Source: Eledone cirrhosa
Lineage: Eukaryota
Reading direction: 5' to 3'
Assembly: GCA_964016885.1 (NCBI GenBank)
Contig: OZ024741.1
Coordinates: 250,232,001-250,296,000 of the forward strand
Length of the DNA: 64,000 nucleotides
Below, piece after piece: positions 24,201-38,100 of the stretch (position 1 is the first letter of the stretch; every line of letters starts with the position of its first letter). Under the pieces are notes generated by a model. The model was not told the origin of the DNA and made no database searches. It saw only the letters and a list, made by a program, of their open reading frames with translations. The position numbers and the translations under genes were made by a program.

Positions 24201-27200
24201 TAATTTGTAAAAAAATCAAGGGGAGATAATTTCCAGCCGTCCAAGGGGAGATAATTTTCAGCCGTCCAAGGAGAGGTAATTTCTAGCCGTCCAAGGGGAG
24301 ATAATTTCCAGCCGTCCAAGGGGAGATAATTTTTTTAAAAAAATCAGGCGGAGATAATTTGTAAACAAAAATCAGGGGGAGATAATTTGTAAAAAAAAAT
24401 CAGGGGGAGATAATTTGTAAAAAAAAAATCAGGGGGTGATAATTTGTAAAAAAATCAAGGGGAGATAATTTCCAGCCGTCCAAGGGGAGCTAATTTTCAG
24501 CCGTCCAAGGAGAGGTAATTTCTAGCCGTCCAAGGGGAGATAATTTCCAGCCAGCCAAGGGGAGATAATTTGTAAAAAAATCAGGGGTAGATAATTTGTA
24601 AAAAAAAATCAGGGGGAGATAATTTGTAAAAAAAATCAGGGGGAGATAATTTGTAAAAAAAATCAGGGGTAGATAATTTCCAGCCGTCCAAGGGGAGATA
24701 ATTTCCATCCTTCCAAGGGGAGATAATTTCCAGCCGTCCAAGGGGAGATAATTTCCCGCCAGCCAAGGAGAGATAACATTTAAAAAAATCAGGCGGAGAT
24801 AATTTGTAAAAAAAATCAGGGGGAGATAATTTGTAAAAAAATCAGGGGGAGATAATTTGTAAAAAAAATCAGGGGTAGATAATTTCCAGCCGTCCAAGGG
24901 GAGATAATTTCCATCCTTCCAAGGGGAGATAATTTCCAGCCGTCCAAGGGGAGATAATTTCCCGCCAGCCAAGGAGAGATAATATTTAAAAAAATCAGGC
25001 GGAGATAATTTGTAAAAAAAATCAGGGGGAGATAATTTGTAAAAAAATCAGGGGGAGATAATTTGTAAAAAAAAATCAGGGGAGATAATTTGTAAAAAAA
25101 ATCAGGGGGAGATAATTTGTAAAAAAAAATCAGGGGTAGATAATTTGTAAAAAAAAATCAGGGGGAGATAATTTGTAAAAAAATCAAGGGGAGATAATTT
25201 CCAGCCGTCCAAGGGGAGATAATTTTCAGCCGTCCAAGGAGGTAATTTCTAGCCGTCCAAGGGGAGATAATTTCCAGCCGTCCAAGGGGAGATAATTTTT
25301 TTAAAAAAATCAGGCGGAGATAATTTGTAAACAAAAATCAGGGGGAGATAATATGTAAAAAAAAATCAGGGGGATATAATTTGTAAAAAAAAATCAGGGG
25401 GAGATAATTTGTAAAAAAAATCAAGGGGAGATAATTTCCAGCCGTCCAAGGGGAGGTAATATCTAGCCATCCAAGGGGAGATAATTTCCAGCCGTCCAAG
25501 GGGAGATAATTTCCAGCCGTCCAAGGGGAGATAATATCCAGCCGTCCAAGGAGACATATTTTCCAGCCGTCCAAGGAGAGGTAATTTCTAGCCGTCCAAG
25601 GGGAGATAAGTTCCAGCCTCCAAGGGGAGATAATTTCCAGCCAGCCAAGGGGAGATAATTTGTAAAAAAATCAGGGGGAGATAATTTGTAAAAAAAAAAT
25701 CAGGGGGAGATAATTTGTAAAAAAATCAGGGGGAGATAATTTGTAAAAAAAAAATCAGGGGGAGATAATTTGTAAAAAAAATCAGGGGGAGATAATTTGT
25801 AGAAAAAATCAGGGGTAGATAATTTGTAAAAAAAATCAGGGGGAGATAATTTGTAAAAAAAATCAGGGGGAGATAATTTGTAAAAAAAATCAGGGGTAGA
25901 TAATTTTCAGCCGTCCAAGGGGAGCTAATTTCCATCCTTCCAAGGGGAGATAATTTCCAGCCGTCCAAGGGGAGATAATTTCCCGCCAGACAAGGAGAGA
26001 TAACATTTAAAAAAATCAGGCGGAGATAATTTGTAAAAAAAATCAGGGGGAGATAATTTGTAAAAAAATCAGGGGGAGATAATTTGTAAAAAAAATCAGG
26101 GGTAGATAATTTCCAGCCGTCCAAGGGGAGATAATTTCCATCCTTCCAAGGGGAGATAATTTCCAGCCGTCCAAGGGGAGATAATTTCCCGCCAGCCAAG
26201 GAGAGATAATATTTAAAAAAATCAGGCGGAGATAATTTGTATAAAAAATCAGGGGGAGATAATTTGTAAAAAAATCAGGGGGAGATAATTTGTAAAAAAA
26301 AATCACGGGGAGATAATTTGTAAAAAAAATCAGGGGGAGATAATTTGTAAAAAAAAATCAGGGGTAGATAATTTGTAAAAAAAAATCAGGGGGAGATAAT
26401 TTGTAAAAAAAAAATCAGGGGGAGATAATTTGTAAAAAAATCAAGGGGAGATAATTTCCAGCCGTCCAAGGGGAGATAATTTTCAGCCGTCCAAGGAGAG
26501 GTAATTTCTAGCCGTCCAAGGGGAGATAATTTTTAAAAAAAAATCAGGCGGAGATAATTTGTAAACAAAAATCAGGGGGAGATAATTTGTAAAAAAAAAT
26601 CAGGGGGAGATAATTTGTAAAAAAAAATCAGGGGGAGATAATTTGTAAAAAAAATCAAGGGGAGATAATTTCCAGCCGTCCAAGGGGAGGTAATATCTAG
26701 CCATCCAAGGGGAGATAATTTCCAGCCGTCCAAGGGGAGATAATTTCCAGCCGTCCAAGGGGAGATAATATCCAGCCGTCCAAGGAGACATATTTTCCAG
26801 CCGTCCAAGGAGACGTAATTTCTAGCCGTCCAAGGGGAGATAAGTTCCAGCCTCCAAGGGGAGATAATTTCCAGCCAGCCAAGGGGAGATAATTTGTAAA
26901 AAAATCAGGGGGAGATAATTTGTAAAAAAAAATTAGGGGGAGATAATTTGTAAAAAAAAATCAGGGGGAGATAATTTGTAAAAAAAAATCAGGGGGAGAT
27001 AATTTGTAAAAAAAATCAAGGGGAGATAATTTCCAGCCGTCCAAGGGGAGATAATTTTCAGCCGTCCAAGTAGAGGTAAATTCTAGCCGTCCAAGGAGAT
27101 ATAATTTCCAGCCGTCCAAGGGGAGATAATTTCCAGCCGTCCAAGGGGAGATAATTTTTTTAAAAAAATCAGGCGGAGATAATTTGTAAACAAAAATCAG

Positions 27201-29399
27201 GGGGAGATAATTTTTAAAAAAAAATCAGGGGGAGATAATTTGTAAAAAAAAATCAGGGGGAGATAATTTGTAAAAAAAATCAAGGGGAGATAATTTCCAG
27301 CCGTCCAAGGGGAGGTAATATCTAGCCATCCAAGGGGAGATAATTTCCAGCCGTCCAAGGGGAGATAATTTCCAGCCGTCCAAGGGGAGATAATATCCAG
27401 CCGTCCAAGGAGACATATTTTCCAGCCGTCCAAGGAGAGGTAATTTCTAGCCGTCCAAGGGGAGATAAGTTCCAGCCTCCAAGGGGAGATAATTTCCAGC
27501 CAGCCAAGGGGAGATAATTTGTAAAAAAATCAGGGGGGAGATAATTTGTAAAAAAAATCAGGGGGAGATAATTTGAAAAAAAAATCAGGGGGAGATAATT
27601 TGTAAAAAATATCAAGGGGAGATAATTTCCAGCCCTCCAAGGGGCTATAATTTCCAGCCGTGCAAGGGGAGATAATTTCCAGCCGTCCAAGGGGAGATAA
27701 TTTCCATCCTTCCAAGGGGAGATAATTTCCAGCCGTCCAAGGGGAGATAATTTCCCGCCAGCCAAGGGAAGATAATTTTTTAAAAAATCAGGCGGAGATT
27801 GTAAAAAAAATCAGGGGGAGATAATTTGTAAAAAAATCAGGGGGAGATAATTTGTAAAAAAAAAATCAGGGGGAGATAATTTGTAAAAAAAAATCAGGGG
27901 GAGATAATTTGTAAAAAAAAATCAGGGGGAGATAATTTGTAAAAAAAATCAGGGGTAGATAATTTGTAAAAAAAATCAGGGGGAGATAATTTGTAAAAAA
28001 AATCAGGGGGAGATAATTTGTAAAAAAAATCAAGGGGAGATAATTTGCAGCCGTCCAAGGGGAGATAATTTTCAGCCGTCCAAGGAGAGATAATTTCTAG
28101 CCGTCCAAGGGGAGATAATTTCCAGCCGTCCAAGGGGAGATAATTTCCAGCCGTCCAAGGGGAGATAATTTTTAAAGAAAAATCAGACGGAGATAATTTG
28201 TAAAAAAAAAATCAGGGGGAGATAATTTGTAAAACAAAATTAGGGGGAGATAATTTGTAAAAAAAGATCAGGGGTAGATAATTTGTAAAAAAAATCAAGG
28301 GGAGATAATTTCCAGCCGTCCAAGGGAAGATAATTTCCAGCCCTCCAAGGGGCTATAATTTCCAGCGTCCAAGGGGAGATAATTTCCAGCCAGCGAAGAG
28401 GAGATAATTTTTTTTTAAAAATCATTGGGAGATTTGTAAAAAAAATCAGGGGGAGATAATTTGTAAAAAAAATCAGGGGTAGATAATTTGTAAAAAAAAT
28501 CAGGGGGAGATAATTTGTAAAAAAAAAATCAGGGGGAGATAATTTGTAAAAAATTCAAGGGGAGATAATTTCCAGCCGTCCAAGGGAAGATAATTTCCAG
28601 CCGTCCAAGGGGAGATAATTTTTAAAAAAAAATCAGGCGCAGATAAGTTGTAAAAAAAAATCAGGGGGAGATAATTTGTAAAAAAAAATCAGGGGGAGAT
28701 AATTTGTAAAAAAAATCAGGGGGAGATAATTTGTAAAAAATTCAAGGGGAGATAATTTTCAGCCGTCCAAGGAGAGATAATTTCTAGCCGTCCAAGGGGA
28801 GATAATTTCCAGCCGTCCAAGGGAAGATAATTTCCAGCCCTCCAAGGGGCTATAATTTCCAGCGTCCAAGGGGAGATAATTTCCAGCCAGGGAAGGGTAG
28901 ATAATTTTTTTTTAAAAATCACTGGGAGATTTGTAAAAAAAATCAGGGGGAGATAATTTGTAAAAAACTCAAGGGGTGATAATTTCCAGCCGTCCAAAGA
29001 GAGATAATTTCTAGCCGTCCAAGGGGAGATAATTTCCAGCCGTCCAAGGGGAGATAATTTCCCGCCAGCCAAGGGAAGATAATATTTAAAAAAATCAGGC
29101 GGAGATAATTTGTAAAAAAAATCAGGGGGAGATAATTTGTAAAAAAATCAGGGGGAGATAATTTGTAAAAAAAAATCAGGGGGAGATAATTTGTAAAAAA
29201 AATCAGGGGGAGATAATTTGTAAAAAAAAATCAGGGGGAGATAATTTGTAAAAAAAATCAGGGGTAGATAATTTCCAGCCGTCCAAGGGGAGATAATTTC
29301 CATCCTTCCAAATGGAGATAATTTACAGCCGTCCAAGGGGAGATAATTTCCCGCCAGCCAAGGAGAGATAATATTTAAAAAAATCAGGCGGAGATAATT

Positions 29400-32300
29400 T
29401 GTAAAAAAAATCAGGGGGAGATAATTTGTAAAAAAATCAGGGGGAGATAATTTGTAAAAAAAAAATCAGGGGGAGATAATTTGTAAAAAAAATCAGGGGG
29501 AGATAATTTGTAAAAAAAATCAGGGCTAGATAATTTGTAAAAAAAAATCAGGGGGAGATTATTTGTAAAAAAAATCAGGGGGAGATAATTTGTAAAAAAA
29601 ATCAGGGGTATTTAATTTCCAGCCGTCCAAGGGGAGATAATTTCCATCCTTCCAAGGGGAGATAATTTCCAGCCGTCCAAGGGGAGATAATTTCCCGCCA
29701 GCCAAGGAGAGATAATATTTAAAAAAATCAGGCGGAGATAATTTGTAAAAAAAATCAGGGGGAGATAATTTGTAAAAAAATCAGGGGGAGATAATTTGTA
29801 AAAAAAAAATCAGGGGGAGATAATTTGTAAAAAAAATCAGGGGGAGATAATTTGTAAAAAAAAATCAGGGGTAGATAATTTGTAAAAAAAAATCAGGGGG
29901 AGATAATTTGTAAAAAAAAATCAGGGGGAGATAATTTGTAAAAAAATCAAGGGGAGATAATTTCCAGCCGTCCAAGGGGAGATAATTTTCAGCCGTCCAA
30001 GGAGAGGTAATTTCTAGCCGTCCAAGGGGAGATAATTTCCAGCCGTCCAAGGGGAGATAATTTTTTTAAAAAAATCAGGCGGAGATAATTTGTAAACAAA
30101 AATCAGGGGGAGATAATTTGTAAAAAAAAATCAGGGGGAGATAATTTGTAAAAAAAAATCAGGGAGATATTTTGTAAAAAAAATCAAGGGGAGATAATTT
30201 CCAGCCGTCCAAGGGGAGGTAATATCTAGCCATGCAAGGGGAGATAATTTCCAGCCGTCCAAGGGGAGATAATTTCCAGCCGTCCAAGGGGAGATAATAT
30301 CCAGCCGTCCAAGGAGACATATTTTCCAGCCGTCCAAGGAGAGGTAATTTCTAGCCGTCCAAGGGGAGATAAGTTCCAGCCTCCAAGGGGAGATAATTTC
30401 CAGCCAGCCAAGGGGAGATAATTTGTAAAAAAATCAGGGGGAGATAATTTGTAAAAAAAAATCAGGGGGAGATAATTTGTAAAAAAAAATCAGGGGGAGA
30501 TAATTTGTAAAATAAATCAAGGGGAGATAATTTCCAGCCGTCCAAGGGGAGATAATTTTCAGCCGTCCAAGGAGAGGTAAATTCTAGCCGTCCAAGGAGA
30601 GATAATTTCCAGGCGTCCAAGGGGAGATAATTTCCAGCCAGCCAAGGGGAGATAATTTGTAAAAAAATCAGGGGTAGATAATTTGTAAAAAAAAATCAGG
30701 GGGAGATAATTTGTAAAAAAAATCAGGGGGAGATAATTTGTAAAAAAAATCAAGGGGAGATAATTTCCAGCCGTCCAAGGGAAGATAATTTTCAGCCGTC
30801 CAAGGAGAGGTAATTTCTAGCCGTCCAAGGGGAGATAAGTTCCAGCCTCCAAGGGGAGATAATTTCCAGCCAGCCAAGGGGAGATAATTTGTAAAAAAAT
30901 CAGGGGTAGATAATTTGTAAAAAAAAATCAGGGGGAGATAATTTGTAAAAAAAATCAGGGGGAGATAATTTGTAAAAAAAATCAGGGGTAGATAATTTCC
31001 AGCCGTCCAAGGGGAGATAATTTCCATCCTTCCAAGGGGAGATAATTTCCAGCCGTCCAAGGGGAGATAATTTCCCGCCAGCCAAGGAGAGATAATATTT
31101 AAAAAAATCAGGCGGAGATAATTTGTAAAAAAATCAGGTTGAGATAATTTGTAAAAAAATCAGGGGGAGATAATTTGTAAAAAAAAAATCAGGGGGAGAT
31201 AATTTGTAAAAAAAATCAGGGGGAGATAATTTGTAAAAAAAAATCAGGGGAGATAATTTGTAAAAAAAAATCAGGGGGAGATAATTTGTAAAAAAAATCA
31301 GGGGGAGATAATTTGTAAAAAAAATCAAGGGGAGATAATTTCCAGCCGTCCAAGGGGAGATAATTTTCAGCCGTCCAAGGAGAGGTAAATTCTAGCCGTC
31401 CAAGGAGAGATAATTTCCAGCCGTCCAAGGTGAGATAATTTCCAGCCGTCCAAGGGGAGATAATTTTTTAAAAAAAATCAGGCGCAGATAAGTTGTAAAA
31501 AAAAATCAGGGGGAGATAATTTGTAAAAAAAAATCAGGGGGAGATAATTTGTAAAAAAAATCAAGGGGAGATAATTTCCAGCCGTCCAAGGGAAGATAAT
31601 TTCCAGCCCTCCAAGGGGCTATAATTTCCAGCGTCCAAGGGGAGATAATTTCCAGCCAGGGAAGGGGAGATAATTTTTTTAAAAAAATCACTGGGAGATT
31701 TGTAAAAAAAATCAGGGGGAGATAATTTGTAAAAAACTCAAGGGGTGATAATTTCCAGCCGTCCAAAGAGAGATAATTTCTAGCCGTCCAAGGGGAGATA
31801 ATTTCCAGCCAAGGGGAGATAATTTCCTGCCTTCCAAGGGGAGATAATTTTTAAAAAAATCAGGTGGAGATAATTTGTAAAAAAAATCAGTGGAAGATAA
31901 TTTGTAAAAAGAAAATCAAGGGCAGATAATTTCCAGCCGTCCAAGGGGAGATAATTTCCCGCCAGCCAAGGGAAGATAATATTTAAAAAAATCAGGGGGA
32001 GATAATTTGTAAAAAAAAATCAGGGGGAGATAATTTGTAAAAAAAATCAAGGGGAGATAATTTCCAGCCGTCCAAGGGGAGATAATTTTCAACCGTCCAA
32101 GGGGAGATAATTTCCCGCCAGCCAAGGGAAGATAATATTTAAAAAAATCAGGCGGAGATAATTTGTAAAAAAAATCAGGGGGAGATAATTTGTAAAAAAA
32201 TCAGGGGGAGATAATTTGTAAAAAAAAAATCAGGGGGAGATAATTTGTAAAAAAAATCAGGGGGAGATAATTTGTAAAAAAAATCAGGGGTAGATAATTT

Positions 32301-35100
32301 GTAAAAAAAAATCAGGGGGAGATAATTTGTAAAAAAAATCAGGGGGAGATAATTTGTAAAAAAAATCAGGGGTAGATAATTTCCAGCCGTCCAAGGGGAG
32401 ATAATTTCCATCCTTCCAAGGGGAGATAATTTCCAGCCGTCCAAGGGGAGATAATTTCCCGCCAGCCAAGGAGAGATAATATTTAAAAAAATCAGGCGGA
32501 GATAATTTGTAAAAAAAATCAGGGGGAGATAATTTGTAAAAAAATCAGGGGGAGATAATTCGTAAAAAAAAAATCAGGGGGAGATAATTTGTAAAAAAAA
32601 TCAGGGGGAGATAATTTGTAAAAAAAATCAGGGCTAGATAATTTGTAAAAAAAAATCAGGGGGAGATAATTTGTAAAAAAAATCAGGGGGAGATAATTTT
32701 TAAAAAAAATCAGGGGTATATAATTTCCAGCCGTCCAAGGGGAGATAATTTCCATCCTTCCAAGGGGAGATAATTTCCAGCCGTCCAAGGGGAGATAATT
32801 TCCCGCCAGCCAAGGAGAGATAATATTTAAAAAAATCAGGCGGAGATAATTTGTAAAAAAAATCAGGGGGAGATAATTTGTAAAAAAATCAGGGGGAGAT
32901 AATTTGTAAAAAAAAATCAGGGGGAGATAATTTGTAAAAAAAATCAGGGGGAGATAATTTGTAAAAAAAAATCAGGGGTAGATAATTTGTAAAAAAAATC
33001 AGGGGGAGATAATTTGTAAAAAAAAAATCAGGGGGAGATAATTTGTAAAAAAATCAAGGGGAGATAATTTCCAGCCGTCCAAGGGGAGATAATTTTCAGC
33101 CGTCCAAGGAGAGGTAATTTCTAGCCGTCCAAGGGGAGATAATTTCCAGCCGTCCAAGGGGAGATAATTTTTTAAAAAAATTTGTAAACAAAAATCAGGG
33201 GGAGATAATTTGTAATAAAAAATCAGGGGGAGATAATTTGTAAAAAAAAATCAGGGAGATAATTTGTAAAAAAAATCAAGGGGAGATAATTTCCAGCCGT
33301 CCAAGGGGAGGTAATATCTAGCCATCCAAGGGGAGATAATTTCCAGCCGTCCAAGGGGAGATAATTTCCAGCCGTCCAAGGGGAGATAATATCCAGCCGT
33401 CCAAGGAGACATATTTTCCAGCCGTCCAAGGAGAGGTAATTTCTAGCCGTCCAAGGGGAGATAAGTTCCAGCCTCCAAGGGGAGATAATTTCCAGCCAGC
33501 CAAGGGGAGATAATTTGTAAAAAAATCAGGGGGAGATAATTTGTAAAAAAAAATCAGGGGGAGATAATTTGTAAAAAAAAATCAGGGGGAGATAATTTGT
33601 AAAATAAATCAAGGGGAGATAATTTCCAGCCGTCCAAGGGGAGATAATTTTCAGCCGTCCAAGGAGAGGTAAATTCTAGCCGTCCAAGGAGAGATAATTT
33701 CCAGGCGTCCAAGGGGAGATAATTTCCAGCCAGCCAAGGGGAGATAATTTGTAAAAAAATCAGGGGTAGATAATTTGTAAAAAAAAATCAGGGGGAGATA
33801 ATTTGTAAAAAAAAATCAGGGGGAGATAATTTGTAAAAAAAATCAAGGGGAGATAATTTCCAGCCGTCCAAGGGAAGATAATTTTCAGCCGTCCAAGGAG
33901 AGGTAATTTCTAGCCGTCCAAGGGGAGATAAGTTCCAGCCTCCAAGGGGAGATAATTTCCAGCCAGCCAAGGGGAGATAATTTGAAAAAAAATCAGGGGT
34001 AGATAATTTGTAAAAAAAAATCAGGGGGAGATAATTTGTAAAAAAAATCAGGGGGAGATAATTTGTAAAAAAAATCAGGGGTAGATAATTTCCAGCCGTC
34101 CAAGGGGAGATAATTTCCATCCTTCCAAGGGGAGATAATTTCCAGCCGTCCAAGGGGAGATAATTTCCCGCCAGCCAAGGAGAGATAATATTTAAAAAAA
34201 TCAGGCGGAGATAATTTGTAAAAAAATCAGGTTGAGATAATTTGTAAAAAAATCAGGGGGAGATAATTTGTAAAAAAAAAATCAGGGGGAGATAATTTGT
34301 AAAAAAAATCAGGGGGAGATAATTTGTAAAAAAAAATCAGGGGAGATAATTTGTAAAAAAAAATCAGGGGGAGATAATTTGTAAAAAAAATCAGGGGGAG
34401 ATAATTTGTAAAAAAAATCAAGGGGAGATAATTTCCAGCCGTCCAAGGGGAGATAATTTTCAGCCGTCCAAGGAGAGGTAAATTCTAGCCGTCCAAGGAG
34501 AGATAATTTCCAGCCGTCCAAGGTGAGATAATTTCCAGCCGTCCAAGGGGAGATAATTTTTTTAAAAAAATCAGGCGCAGATAAGTTGTAAAAAAAAATC
34601 AGGGGGAGATAATTTGTAAAAAAAAATCAGGGGGAGATAATTTGTAAAAAAAATCAAGGGGAGATAATTTCCAGCCGTCCAAGGGAAGATAATTTCCAGC
34701 CCTCCAAGGGGCTATAATTTCCAGCGTCCAAGGGGAGATAATTTCCAGCCAGGGAAGGGGAGATAATTTTTTTTAAAAAATCACTGGGAGATTTGCAAAA
34801 AAAATCAGGGGGAGATAATTTGTAAAAAACTCAAGGGGTGATAATTTCCAGCCGTCCAAAGAGAGATAATTTCTAGCCGTCCAAGGGGAGATAATTTCCA
34901 GCCAAGGGGAGATAATTTCCTGCCTTCCAAGGGGAGATAATTTTTAAAAAAATCAGGTGGAGATAATTTGTAAAAAAATCAGTGGAAGATAATTTGTAAA
35001 AAGAAAATCAAGGGCAGATAATTTCCAGCCGTCCAAGGGGAGATAATTTCCCGCCAGCCAAGGGAAGATAATATTTAAAAAAATCAGGGGGAGATAATTT
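29400..35100 (+). repeat. Tandem duplication with ~3.09-kb period inside the diverged subfamily
   Basis: ORF pairs 30131/33223 and 31134/34227 (offsets 3092-3093). Both copies share the truncated monomer TTTCCAGCCAAGG at ~31802 and ~34895. Confidence 0.82.
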
Positions 35101-38100
35101 GTAAAAAAAAATCAGGGGGAGATAATTTGTAAAAAAAAATCAGGGGGAGATAATTTGTAAAAAAATCAAGGGGAGATAATTTCCAGCCGTCCAAGGGGAG
35201 ATAATTTTCAGCCGTCCAAGGAGAGGTAATTTCTAGCCGTCCAAGGGGAGATAATTTCCAGCCGTCCAAGGGGAGATAATTTTTTTTTAAAAATCAGGCG
35301 GAGATAATTTGTAAACAAAAATCAGGGGGAGATAATTTGTAAAAAAAAATCAGGGGGAGATAATTTGTAAAAAAAAATCAGGGGGAGATAATTTGTAAAA
35401 AAAATCAGGGGGAGATAATTTGTAAAAAAAATCAGGGGTAGATAATTTCCAGCCGTCCAAGGGGAGATAATTTCCATCCTTCCAAGGGGAGATAATTTCC
35501 AGCCGTCCAAGGGGAGATAATTTCCCGCCAGCCAAGGAGAGATAACATTTAAAAAAATCAGGCGGAGATAATTTGTAAAAAAAATCAGGGTGAGATAATT
35601 TGTAAAAAAATCAGGGGGAGATAATTTGTAAAAAAAAAATCAGGGGGAGATAATTTGTAAAAAAATCAAGGGGAGATAATTTCCAGCCGTCCAAGGGGAG
35701 ATAATTTTCAGCCGTCCAAGGAGGTAATTTCTAGCCGTCCAAGGGGAGATAATTTCCAGCCGTCCAAGGGGAGATAATTTTTTTTAAAAAATCAGGCGGA
35801 GATAATTTGTAAACAAAAATCAGGGGGAGATAATTTGTAAAAAAAAATCAGGGGGAGATAATTTGTAAAAAAAAATCAGGGGGAGATAATTTGTAAAAAA
35901 AATCAAGGGGAGATAATTTCCAGCCGTCCAAGGGGAGGTAATATCTAGCCATCCAAGGGGAGATAATTTCCAGCCGTCCAAGGGTAGATAATTTCCAGCC
36001 GTCCAAGGGGAGATAATATCCAGCCGTCCAAGGAGACATATTTTCCAGCCGTCCAAGGAGAGGTAATTTCTAGCCGTCCAAGGGGAGATAAGTTCCAGCC
36101 TCGAAGGGGAGAAAATTTCCAGCCAGCCAAGGGGAGATAATTTGTAAAAAAATCAGGGGGAGATAATTTGTAAAAAAAAAATCAGGGGGAGATAATTTCT
36201 AAAAAAATCAGGGGGAGATAATTTGTAAAAAAAAAATCAGGGGGAGATAATTTGTAAAAAAAATCAGGGGGAGATAATTTGTAGAAAAAATCAGGGGTAG
36301 ATAATTTGTAAAAAAAATCAGGGGGAGATAATTTGTAAAAAAAATCAGGGGGAGATAATTTGTAAAAAAATCAGGGGTAGATAATTTTCAGCCGTCCAAG
36401 GGGAGATAATTTCCATCCTTCCAAGGGGAGATAATTTCCAGCCGTCCAAGGGGAGATAATTTCCCGCCAGCCAAGGAGAGATAACATTTAAAAAAATCAG
36501 GCGGAGATAATTTGTAAAAAAAATCAGGGGGAGATAATTTGTAAAAAAATCAGGGTGAGATAATTTGTAAAAAAAATCAGGGGTAGATAATTTCCAGCCG
36601 TCCAAGGGGAGATAATTTCCATCCTTCCAAGGGGAGATAATTTCCAGCCGTCCAAGGGGAGATAATTTCCCGCCAGCCAAGGAGAGATAATATTTAAAAA
36701 AATCAGGCGGAGATAATTTGTAAAAAAAATCAGGGGGAGATAATTTGTAAAAAAATCAGGGGGAGATAATTTGTAAAAAAAAATCAGGGGGAGATAATTT
36801 GTAAAAAAAAAATCAGGGGGAGATAATTTGTAAAAAAATCAAGGGGAGATAATTTCCAGCCGTCCAAGGGGAGATAATTTTCAGCCGTCCAAGGAGAGGT
36901 AATTTCTAGCCGTCCAAGGGGAGATAATTTCCAGCCGTCCAAGGGGAGATAATTTTTTTAAAAAAATCAGGCGGAGATAATTTGTAAACAAAAATCAGGG
37001 GGAGATAATTTGTAAAAAAAAATCAGGGGGAGATAATTTGTAAAAAAAAAATCAGGGGGTGATAATTTGTAAAAAAATCAAGGGGAGATAATTTCCAGCC
37101 GTCCAAGGGGAGATAATTTTCAGCCGTCCAAGGAGAGGTAATTTCTAGCCGTCCAAGGGGAGATAATTTCCAGCCAGCCAAGGGGAGATAATTTGTAAAA
37201 AAATCAGGGGTAGATAATTTGTAAAAAAAAATCAGGGGGAGATAATTTGTAAAAAAAATCAGGGGGAGATAATTTGTAAAAAAAATCAGGGGTAGATAAT
37301 TTCCAGCCGTCCAAGGGGAGATAATTTCCATCCTTCCAAGGGGAGATAATTTCCAGCCGTCCAAGGGGAGATAATTTCCCGCCAGCCAAGGAGAGATAAT
37401 ATTTAAAAAAATCAGGCGGAGATAATTTGTAAAAAAAATCAGGGGTAGATAATTTGTAAAAAAAAATCAGGGGGAGATAATTTGTAAAAAAAATCAGGGG
37501 GAGATAATTTGTAAAAAAAATCAGGGGTAGATAATTTCCAGCCGTCCAAGGGGAGATAATTTCCAGCCGTCCAAGGGGAGATAATATCCAGCCGTCCAAG
37601 GAGACATATTTTCCAGCCGTCCAAGGAGACGTAATTTCTAGCCGTCCAAGGGGAGATAAGTTCCAGCCTCCAAGGGGAGATAATTTCCAGCCAGCCAAGG
37701 GGAGATAATTTGTAAAAAAATTAGGGGGAGATAATTTGTAAAAAAAAATTAGGGGGAGATAATTTGTAAAAAAAAATCAGGGGGAGATAATTTGTAAAAA
37801 AAAATCAGGGGGAGATAATTTGTAAAAAAAATCAAGGGGAGATAATTTCCAGCCGTCCAAGGGGAGATAATTTTCAGCCGTCCAAGGAGAGGTAAATTCT
37901 AGCCGTCCAAGGAGATATAATTTCCAGCCGTCCAAGGGGAGATAATTTCCAGCCGTCCAAGGGGAGGTAATATCTAGCCATCCAAGGGGAGATAATTTCC
38001 AGCCGTCCAAGGGGAGATAATATCCAGCCGTCCAAGGAGACATATTTTCCAGCCGTCCAAGGAGAGGTAATTTCTAGCCGTCCAAGGGGAGATAAGTTCC

